Source: Octopus sinensis (lineage: Eukaryota). From it: a stretch of DNA of 9,760 bases. The stretch lies in contig NW_021827952.1 in assembly GCF_006345805.1 (NCBI RefSeq), forward strand, positions 1 through 9,760. Direction: 5' to 3'. Made by a program: the position numbers and the translations under genes. Under the pieces are notes generated by a model, which did no database searches, had not been told where the DNA came from, and saw nothing but the letters and a program-made list of their open reading frames with translations. Positions 1 to 7,410 of the stretch are shown here, piece by piece. Numbering within the stretch: position 1 is the stretch's first letter; each line of letters begins with the position of its first letter.

Positions 1-204
1 TGATGATGTAGAGGGCGCTCTTGTCTAGTTTCCATCAATCCATTAACCTTTGACTATTCTGAGCCCACAGTTGCTCTTCTTTTCCGCAGCACTCCTCTCG
101 TCGGTACAACGCAATCCCGTGACATTGTGCACTTCGACCTTTGCCTTCGACCAACATACTGAAGCTCTTAACGTCTTTCTTCCCATCCTTTACTCGCCTC
201 CAAC

Positions 205-265
205 CCCCCACACCACCACTACCACCGTCACCTCACCACCACACCTCAATCATTACCACTACCAA
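205..265. repeat. (ACC/CAC)-rich low-complexity tract
   Basis: Degenerate run caccaccactaccaccgtcacctcaccaccacac; explains the Thr/Pro/His-rich end of ORF 50-289. Confidence 0.5.
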
Positions 266-444
266 GAATACCACAACCGGTTTGTCTGATTAAAGACAAC
301 GCACCTCACATCTTCCTTTCGATCCCTTTGAATCCAACCCCCAAAATAGTTAACAGGGTCCACGAATGACTTCCTCAAAACCGGATTGTAGCAGTTCACA
401 CGAAGAATATTACACAAAATAGACCGAAGTCTACGAAGTCCATT

Positions 445-611
445 GGCCTGTTAGAAATAACAGCCAAATCTTTCCGAAAGTCACATACTAATATCTTGAA
501 AAATATGAAAGACACATTAAGTAATTAAGTTTTAAGCAGACGGGAGTGTCACGGTTGGCATAACTTTAGTCAGAGATATACCCAATCAGAGTTTAGCAGA
601 TGATAAACAAC
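445..611 (+). mobile_element. Old dispersed repeat (retroposon-like 3' end with AAC tail), copy 1
   Basis: ggcctgttagaaataacagccaaatct (445-471), gggagtgtcacggttgg (542-558) and terminal gataaacaac align in the same order with 2068-2250 and 2281-2452. Confidence 0.5.
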
Positions 612-888
612 TGCTTACAATCCACCCACCATCATTATCAGAGAGAATATACCTATCACTGCACCGACTCAGATAACGGCAGCCGCTTCTGGATTCTTGC
701 CAAGAAAATCTGAATAAATTTTGCAGATTCTGCCTCCTCATCCCTCTGCAAGCAAGAATTCTGGCTGGTAAAACATTTGTGGCTTCTACCTCTATTCTGC
801 ACCCACCCACTGCACACATACACTGCATACGACAAGACTCCTCTCTTCAAATCCTCTGAAATTGTTAAGTAAGAAAGGCACGTTTGTA

Positions 889-911
889 ATTTCTTTACTA
901 CCCATAGGGGC

Positions 912-959
<48 letters not shown>

Positions 960-1520
960 AAACAAGGACAGACAAACGGATTAAGTCGATTATATCGACC
1001 CCAGTGCGTAACTGGTACTTATTTAATCGACCCTGAAAGGATGAAAGGCAAAGTCGACATCGTCGGAATTTGAACTCAGAACGTAGCGGCAGACGAAATA
1101 CCTATTTCTTTATTACCCACAAGGGGCTAAGCACAGAGGGGACAAACATGGACAGACATTGGTATTAAGTCGATTACATCGACCCCAGTGCGTCACTGGT
1201 ACTTATTTAATCGACCCCGAAAGGATGAAAGGCAAAGTCGACATCGTCGGAATTTGAACTCAGAACGTAGCGGCGGACGAAATACCTATTTCTTTATTAC
1301 CCACAAGGGGCTAAACACAGAGGGGACAAACATGGACAGACGTAGGTATTAAGTCGATTATATCGACCCCAGTGCGTTACTGGTACTTATTTAATCGACC
1401 CCGAAAGGATGAAAGGCAAAGTCGACCTCGGCGGAATTTGAACTCGGAACGTAGCGGCAGACGAAATACCGCTAAGCATTTCGCCCGACGTGCTAACGTT
1501 TCTGCCAGCTCGCCGCCTTT
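889..1520 (-). mobile_element. tRNA-derived SINE family A, tandem trimer (one full-length unit plus two head-less units)
   Basis: Units 889-1103, 1104-1287 and 1288-1520. Only the last has the 5' head, with A-box-like TGGCAGAAACG (minus strand, 1497-1507); all three carry B-box GAGTTCAAATTCC (e.g. 1433-1445). Flanked by the perfect 16-bp direct repeat gaaaggcacgtttgta at 873-888 and 1521-1536. The central GTCGACTTTGCCTTTCATCCTTTCGGGGTCGAT resembles, from memory, the Meta domain of MetaSINEs. Assignment to the described octopus SINEs (OK/OR1/OR2) needs a Repbase/SINEBase search. Confidence 0.92.
917..956. repeat. (AG)20 microsatellite inside the SINE tail
   Basis: Perfect AG run that replaces the short cagagagg/cagaggg seen in the other family A units. 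Confidence 0.97.
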
Positions 1521-1548
1521 GAAAGGCACGTTTGTACAGCCCATCAGT

Positions 1549-1694
1549 CTTCTAGAAAAAAAACCAGTTAAATCTACAGCATGCTACCCTAAGACCATAA
1601 AGTTTCGTTGGATGATGCTTGAAATGAGGGACGATTAAATTGTCTTAGATCATAGGTCAACTGGATAAGGATTGGTTCAGGGTTAAACAACAAC
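1549..1694 (+). mobile_element. Old dispersed repeat, copy 2 (most decayed)
   Basis: cttctagaaaaaaaaccagttaaatct, gttggatgatg and ttgtcttagatcataggtcaactgg...ggttaaacaacaac parallel the segments in 2068-2250. Confidence 0.35.
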
Positions 1695-2067
1695 ACCAGC
1701 ATCAACAACTTTTCCGATGGCATCAGCCTAGCAAAGCCATCGATTCTGACAGTGAGGCCACTCTCCCGAGAAAGTTCTGGTCGTGTTGCAACAATGTATT
1801 GATTGTGTTTAAACATTGTTTGGTTTCTGGTCTGACAGCATTCCGAGTCTGACAGTGTTTTGACAGTGTCCTGCCGGTGCCTCTTCCATTAATTTCAAAC
1901 TTCACTCCATAGTTCGCTATTATCATCACCAAACTCTTTAATATTTCTGTGTCTAAAGGAATCTGCTCCAATCTATGGAGCCTTACGATGTCATTAAACG
2001 CCCCTAAAGCTCTCCAACAACAATCTCACGGCTACCACATCGAGGGGACTCTCTACGTTTCTCACTC

Positions 2068-2250
2068 GAACTGCTATAAATAGCAGCTAAATCCTCTTAA
2101 AATCATTCCTTACCGTCATAAAAAAAGAAAGAATTGGATGATGTAGTCCAGGGAAACTCTTCACGAAATGAAGCTGTGTGGGTGTCACGGCTGGGATGTC
2201 CTTGATAATAGGTCTGCTCGATCATAAGTGCCTGAGGATTTAACAATAAC
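2068..2250 (+). mobile_element. Old dispersed repeat, copy 3
   Basis: ctgctataaatagcagctaaatc...accgtcataaaaaaag...gggtgtcacggctgggatgtccttgataataggtctgctcgatca...taacaataac; colinear with copies 1 and 4. Confidence 0.55.
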
Positions 2251-2280
2251 TGCAAGTAAGGTACTGCTACCTGGTTACTT

Positions 2281-2452
2281 GACCTGCTAGAAGTAACAGA
2301 TTTCTCCACCGTCTTTAAAAGAGATGACACATAAGATAACACTGGGTAATATGGTGGCAAAATATATGGAGGAAGAGACGGGATGGTTATGGTTGGAACC
2401 CTTTTTGTTATAATTTTGTTCGATCAGGACTGACTTTGGGTCTAAAAACAAC
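2281..2452 (+). mobile_element. Old dispersed repeat, copy 4
   Basis: gacctgctagaagtaacag...accgtctttaaaag...gacacat...gggatggttatggttgg...gttcgatcaggactgactttgggtctaaaaacaac; colinear with copy 3. Confidence 0.55.
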
Positions 2453-2501
2453 TATATTTCAAAGTTGGTGGATTGTGTCGTAAACGAAACTTTATCTTAT
2501 A

Positions 2502-2734
2502 TATTTCTTTACAACCCACAAGGGGCTAAACACAGAGAGGACAAATAAGGACAGACAAACGGATTAAGTCGGTTATATCGACTCCAGTGCGCAACTGGTA
2601 CTTAATTTATCGACCTCGAAAGGATGAAAGGCAAAGTCGACCTCGGCGGAATTTGAACTCAGAACGTAACGGCAGGCGAAATACGGCTACGCAGTTCGCC
2701 CGGCGTGCTAACGTTTCTGCCAGCTCGCCGCCTT
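2502..2734 (-). mobile_element. tRNA-derived SINE family A, full-length monomer
   Basis: About 233 bp, colinear with unit 1288-1520 from head (aaggcggcgagctggcagaaacg on minus) to tail (aaagaaat). TSD gaaactttatcttata (2486-2501) and gaatctttatcttata (2737-2752), 16 bp with 1 mismatch. Confidence 0.92.
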
Positions 2735-2881
2735 AGGAATCTTTATCTTATAACTGTTAGTTTGTTTCACTCCTTAGTGACAATCGATGCACTTCGGAAG
2801 GGACTCGTTCAATGTGGCTCAAATATCAGAGCTGACTTGACGCGAAACGCCATCAACTGCATTGAGTTTCACATTGTATAT

Positions 2882-2882
<1 letters not shown>

Positions 2883-2926
<44 letters not shown>
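2883..2926. repeat. (CA)22 microsatellite
   Basis: Perfect CA run; source of the HTHT tail of ORF 2705-2935. Confidence 0.97.
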
Positions 2927-2928
<2 letters not shown>

Positions 2929-3150
2929 CGTGTGAGTTGTCTGTAAGAATATTTGTGTCGTAGAAAATGACTGACTCATCCACTCGAACAGAGATTTATT
3001 ACGTTGTTGAAATACAATATTATGTGGTGAGTGGGTGTGTGGGCGTACCTGTGTGTGTGTGTGGGGCGGTGTATGCTTACCTGTGTGTGTGGGTGGGGGT
3101 GTGGGTGGGGGGTGACTGTTTGCGTCATGCGTTTGTTTGTGACATGTGTG

Positions 3151-3189
<39 letters not shown>

Positions 3190-3217
3190 GTCTGTCGGTC
3201 TGTCGGTCGGTCGGTCG

Positions 3218-3251
<34 letters not shown>

Positions 3252-3336
3252 CTGTCTGTCTATCTATCTATCTCTCTATCTAATCTATCTATCTATCTAT
3301 CTATCGGTCTGTCTGTCTGTCTGTCTGTCTATCTAT
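3151..3336. repeat. Compound tetranucleotide microsatellite (TCTA)n(TCTG)n(TCGG)n, first copy
   Basis: Direct reading; produces the spurious YLSI/CLSV ORFs. Confidence 0.95.
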
Positions 3337-3664
3337 GTGTATATGTGTGTATGGCACGCAGTGTGGGTGTCGTATGTCATTCCATAAAATACTTATTTCT
3401 CACACACCATCGACACACCACACACACACACGCACCAACACATGCGTGTGATTGTCTGTAAGAATATTGTGTCGTAGAAAATGACTGACTCATCCACTCG
3501 AACAGAGATTTATTACGTTGTTGAAATACAATATTATGTGGTGAGTGGGTGTGTGGGCGTACCTGTTGTGTGGGTGTGGGGCGGTGTATGCTTACCTGTG
3601 TGGTGGGGGTGGGGTGTGGTTGGGGGTGACTGTTTGCGTCATGCGTTTGTTTGTGACATGTTTG

Positions 3665-3851
3665 TCTATCTATCTATCTTCTATCTATCTATCTATCTAT
3701 CTGTCTGTCGTTCTGTCGGTCGGTCGTCGGTGGTCTGTCTGTCTGTCGGTCTGTCTGTCGTCTGTCTGTCTGTCTATCTTTCTATTTCTATCTCTATCTA
3801 ATCTATCATCTTCTATCTATCGTCTGTCTGTCTGTCTGTCTGTCTATCTAT
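3665..3851. repeat. Compound tetranucleotide microsatellite, second copy
   Basis: Same block order as 3151-3336, with many single-base indels. Confidence 0.92.
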
Positions 3852-4048
3852 GTGTATATGTGTGTATGGCACGCAGTGGGGTGTCGTATGTCATTCCATA
3901 AAATACTTATTTCTCACACACATCGACACACACACACACACACACACACATGTAGTCACACCCATATAAACATGTACATACACGCACACACTTTGAAAAC
4001 AATATTACTACAAACAAGTTTGATAATACAGGTAGCAAATAGTAGCTA

Positions 4049-4071
4049 GTGGTGGTGGTGGTGGTGGTGGT
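4049..4071. repeat. (GGT)7 microsatellite
   Basis: Direct reading. Confidence 0.9.
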
Positions 4072-4727
4072 AGAACAATAAATGTGATTGTGAGTTCTGA
4101 AATCGTTCCATGATATCTGAAACAGGAGATAAGAGCGAACAGAAAGTTTGCCTTTTGTAATCCAATCGACCTTAAATCACTCGACCAAAGCGACTTGCCA
4201 CATTTTGCCCGTAAAATGTCTATGTACGAGTCGCTTTGTTTTCATTCCCTCCCTATTTTCTTGTTATATATTTCGTTGTTAATTATATGTACTTCTCCAT
4301 GTTTTTTTTTTATTTGATCTTACTGAAGTTATCTCACCTGTCTGTTGTTTTTCAGATTTTAAAACCTCCCCGTGTTATATATGAGAAACTCTGCTGTACT
4401 TGTATTTAATATTTAGGGCACCTTCCTTAATTTTCTCTGAAGGTGTGTGTTATCGTGTTAACAGTGTTGCACAAACCCAGAACTAGGTGGCTTTCAAATT
4501 AAACTTCTTAACTACGCAGTTGTGCATCTTGAGTAATATTCAATGAAAACCATTCAACAGACCCATTTCACCATGTCCTTGAGATCCTCATTGCCAAGAA
4601 TGGCATTCGACAGTATTCACATCTACCCACGAAGTACGAACTTTCCTTTTCGGGTTCATAAAGTATTTCAGCTCTGATCAGTTGCAGACTCAAGATTTGA
4701 TGCACAAATGCCGTACAGGAATCGAAT

Positions 4728-4832
4728 TTTCCGGGTTCGATTCTCATACGGCTTCTTTCAGCACAGCATAAACTTGACCAAAGACATTTTGAGTGGAATT
4801 CAGTAGACAGAAATAGTGTGCAAGCTTGTCGG
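4728..4832 (+). mobile_element. Decayed 5' part of a family B-like SINE
   Basis: ccgggttcgattc (B-box-like) followed by gaccaaagacattttgagtggaattcagtagacagaaa...aagcttgtcg, which aligns with gaccaaagccttgtgagtggatttggtagatggaaa...aagcccgtcg in the family B copy at 7025-7410. Confidence 0.5.
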
Positions 4833-5074
4833 ATGGTCCCTTTTTTTTGGTGGGTCAGGGTTCACCTGTTCCCCCATACCCTAACATTCGGGCATCTTTA
4901 GTAAGTTCACTCTGTTGCAAACCTTTGGGGCAGGTCTCTATTGTGAGACGAACTTCCCCCTTCCTGTCACCATATTCAGTGACAGCCGTATGACAAAGGG
5001 CAGCCCCTCACCCATCCTCAACTGCAAAATTTTCTATTAACGTAACAAAGGAAGTATTTTAACAGAATGTTATA

Positions 5075-5630
5075 GGTTCTACAGAGCAAATGTCCTTTAA
5101 AACAAAACTCTCTTCTAACACTCCCAAATCTACTGTCTAAATAAAGTTGTGCTGAAAAAATACACGAGGTTCTAAGAAAGCAAAGGACAACTAACAAACC
5201 AAACCACTGGCATCAAAAGAAATGTCTACAAATGAAACAATTGTATTTGAATACAAAAAATGTTTACTAATACCATTAGGTTTTCTAAAGACAAATGTTT
5301 CGAGAAGGGAAAGTTTTTCTAACACTAAGGTTTGTTAACGAAAGAAAGGAGGTGCTAACAGAGCAAGGGTCGATCAAAAACAAAACAAAAACAAAACAAA
5401 AAACAAAAACAAAGAAAACAAACACACAAAAAAACAAAATAAAAATTGTAGGTGGGGTCTTTTAAGACACTAATTTCTGTAGAAACAAATGACTTTTAAT
5501 ACAAAAAAGTTCTAACACAGCAAATGTCAGCTAACAAACAAATGAGATACTAATCAGGCAAAGTTTTGCCAAAAAAAAAGAAAAAGAAAAGAAAAATACA
5601 ACCAAAGATATGCTAATACTACAAATGTTT
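5075..5630 (+). repeat. Highly decayed minisatellite-like array, motif ~gttctaacacagcaaatgt
   Basis: About ten variants, e.g. 5077 ttctacagagcaaatgt, 5283 ttctaaagacaaatgt, 5351 ggtgctaacagagcaagg, 5510 ttctaacacagcaaatgt, 5611 tgctaatactacaaatgt. Confidence 0.45.
5375..5445. repeat. (CAAAA/CAAAAA)n A-rich simple repeat
   Basis: Direct reading. Confidence 0.85.
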
Positions 5631-5938
5631 GGTAATAAATATTATCACAGTTATCCGTTTTCCCCCAAGAGAAAGGAAATAAGACATTAGGACGAGTCAA
5701 TTTGGTAGACGTAACTGCCTATAAAAAAGCTGGGTAGGGGTAGACTTTAAGTCATGATATTAATTACCAGTTAAAGGGGCTAAGAAGTTTAAGATGCTAA
5801 TACAGGGAAAATTTATTAGGGGCACAATGGGGAAACGTTTATAAACAATACAGACTGTGACACCGATGTTTATACTAGGAAAGTGATTAATGACAAAATA
5901 CCTGATGATGCTAAGATTAATTTAAATGATAATATAGT

Positions 5939-6029
<91 letters not shown>

Positions 6030-6049
6030 GGATGATGATAAATAATGAT

Positions 6050-6080
<31 letters not shown>

Positions 6081-6096
6081 TAATAATAATAATAAT
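5939..6096. repeat. Compound (AAT)n(AATGAT)n(GAT)n(AAT)n microsatellite in the PLE Asn/Asp-rich linker
   Basis: Direct reading; lies just upstream of the CNCR motif and produces spurious ORF 5966-6175. Confidence 0.95.
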
Positions 6097-6235
6097 GTTA
6101 GGAATATCAATAATATTGATAGTAGTAATGCTCCCGGTTGTAATTGTAGAGTTAAATCCGGTTGTTCGGTATTAGGTCGATGTTAATACAAAATGTAATT
6201 TATAGACGTACAATTGTGACTGAAGGTGGTAACTT

Positions 6236-6248
6236 TATATATATGTAT

Positions 6249-6279
<31 letters not shown>

Positions 6280-6318
6280 CTATATATATATATATAATAT
6301 AATTATATATATATATAT
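6236..6318. repeat. (TA)n microsatellite inside the YIG motif codons
   Basis: Begins at ttt-ata-tat (FIY) and ends at tat-att-tga (YI*). Confidence 0.95.
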
Positions 6319-6392
6319 TTGATGTTCGATAAATATGTAAAAACGTATTAATAACCATTTTTTATCATTTAGACTCAAACATAAAGCTTATA

Positions 6393-6694
6393 TTTCATTT
6401 TTGGATTTGGTTTGCAAGATTATTTATAGGAGTTTGTGTGTTGAAGCATATTCTGTTGTGCCTGGGGAGAGTCATTTTCTTTTTGCGCCTTATTATGTAA
6501 CACACTCACCGGTAAAATTTCCACTTTTATCTTATTTTTATTTTCCTAAAATTTCCGTTGCGTCTTGCGACCTTTTCAATAGTTTTGACTCTTTAGGAAA
6601 ATGAAAATAAGAAAAAAGTGAAAAATTTTACCGGTGAGTGTGTTAAATAATAAGGCACAAAAAGAAAATGACTCTCCCCAGACACAACAGAATA
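6393..6694. mobile_element. ~300-bp fold-back insertion with TSD, nested in the PLE endonuclease
   Basis: Direct repeat ataaagcttata at 6381-6392 and 6692-6703; removing the insert restores the frame KHKAY-SISLSRKIW. Internal inverted arms 6449-6550 and 6592-6694 (about 7 differences) enclose a 41-nt loop. Confidence 0.82.
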
Positions 6695-7024
6695 AAGCTT
6701 ATAGTATTTCTTTATCTCGTAAGATTTGGGAACTTAAAGATAGCGACAGCGAATTTAGCTTTAAATGGGATCTAATACGGAGACCGCAGCCTTATAGAAA
6801 TAGTCGAGATGGGTGTAAGCTTTGCTCTATAGAAATTTATGAGATTTTAAGTATAGAGACAAGTAAAACCTGATTAATAGTAGATTAGACGTAAGGGTAT
6901 CATGCATGCATAGCACCACCCGCACATGTAAGTGCTTTCGAAACTAACAATTATAGTTATTATACTTGAATTTTGATGGTGGAAATTAATTTTGGTGTCG
7001 TATCCATTATAGACCTACCCTTCT

Positions 7025-7410
7025 GTGGCTGTGTGGTAAGTAGCTTGCTCACCAACCACATGGTTCCGGGTTCAGTCCCACTGCGTGGCACCTTGGGCAA
7101 GTGTCTTCTACTATAGCTTCGGGCCGACCAAAGCCTTGTGAGTGGATTTGGTAGATGGAAACTGAAAGAAGCCCGTCGTATATATGTGTATATATATGTA
7201 TGTGTGTGTATATGTTTGTGCGTCTGTGTTTGTCCCCAGCTTGACAACCGATGTTCGTGTGTTTAGGTCCCCGTAACTTAGCGGTTCGGTAAAAGAGATG
7301 GCAGAATAAGTACTGGGCTTACAAAAAGAATAAGTCCTGGGGTCGATTTGCTCGACTAAAGGCGGTGCTCCAGCATGGCCACAGTCAAATGACTGAAACA
7401 AGTAAAAGAG
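7025..7410 (+). mobile_element. tRNA-derived SINE family B, near full length
   Basis: A-box-like TGGCTGTGTGG (7026-7036) and B-box-like GGTTCAGTCCC (7069-7079); ccttgggcaagtg resembles the start of the CORE domain; internal (TA/TG)n; 3' end ggcggtgctccagcatggcc.cagtcaaatgactgaaacaagtaaaagag. Matches 8683-9054 in reverse. No clear TSD. Confidence 0.9.

Larger units (their letters stand above)
2925..3950. repeat. Tandem duplication, two copies of ~515 bp (2925-3440 and 3441-3950)
   Basis: Both copies start catgcgtgtga and share the identical unique stretch gtcgtagaaaatgactgactcatccactcgaacagagatttattacgttgttgaaatacaatattatgtggtgagtggg. The boundaries lie in (CA)n runs. Confidence 0.95.
5630..6947 (+). 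pseudogene. 5'-truncated, decayed Penelope-like retroelement: linker, Cys knuckle and C-terminal GIY-YIG endonuclease
   Basis: Manual translation: CNCRVKSGCSVLGRC (6139-6183); frameshift; IQNVIYRRTIVTEGGNFIY (6186-6242); (TA)n; YI*CSINM*KRINNHFLSFRLKHKAY (6314-6391); insertion; SISLSRKIWELKDSDSEFSFKWDLIRRPQPYRNSRDGCKLCSIEIYEIL (from 6703); frameshift; LINSRLDVRVSCMHSTTRTCKCFRN* (stop 6945-6947). This follows the PLE pattern CxC..CP..G.C...VIY...YIG...KxR..NH..SF....S..LS..IW.LK...W.......Y......C.LC..E...I...L.N.R.E....C.H. The 5630-5930 part is assigned with less certainty (frameshifted NTGKI..GHN-like linker motif; homology to 9378-9608). Confidence 0.85.

Noticed and set aside
1-850. LINE or host-exon origin for ORFs 50-289, 586-828 and 656-850 (also 1589-1971, 2103-2360)
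   Set aside because: No recognisable RT, endonuclease or other domain motif; several overlap the old dispersed repeat.
889-1520. CRISPR-like or prokaryotic repeat array
   Set aside because: Units are 184 bp or longer, contiguous, with no unique spacers and no cas genes; the context is eukaryotic.
2967-3901. ORFs of 106-164 aa ([12 protein letters not shown]..., MGVWAYL...)
   Set aside because: Open only because of (TG)n and tetranucleotide repeats; the two copies are frameshifted relative to each other and show no domain.
4321-4447. Possible exon after a polypyrimidine tract and tttttcag (AG ends 4355), with weak donor aag/gtgtgt
   Set aside because: All three frames contain stops and there is no transcript evidence; such motifs are common in AT-rich DNA.
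5966-6175. ORF with poly-Met/Asn/Ile
   Set aside because: Microsatellite translation; the meaningful PLE motif is in a different frame.
6320-6322. In-frame TGA as selenocysteine, as in some Naiad PLEs
   Set aside because: It replaces the Gly of YIG (one change from GGA), and a TAA and frameshifts lie nearby, so simple decay explains it.
6634-6873. ORF MSVLNNKAQK... as an intact small gene
   Set aside because: Its first ~20 residues come from the inserted inverted arm; only the part from 6694 is PLE endonuclease, and that is a pseudogene fragment.
5900-6945. Hammerhead ribozyme associated with the PLE (ctgatga at ~5902, cgaaac at ~6939)
   Set aside because: The core halves are 1 kb apart with no supporting stems; no complete hammerhead or HDV-like fold was recognised here or in the SINE repeat unit.
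6960-7401. ORFs overlapping family B SINEs (also 8624-9086) and family A (1372-1638, 2705-2935)
   Set aside because: Chance translations of SINE sequence; they recur only because the SINE recurs.
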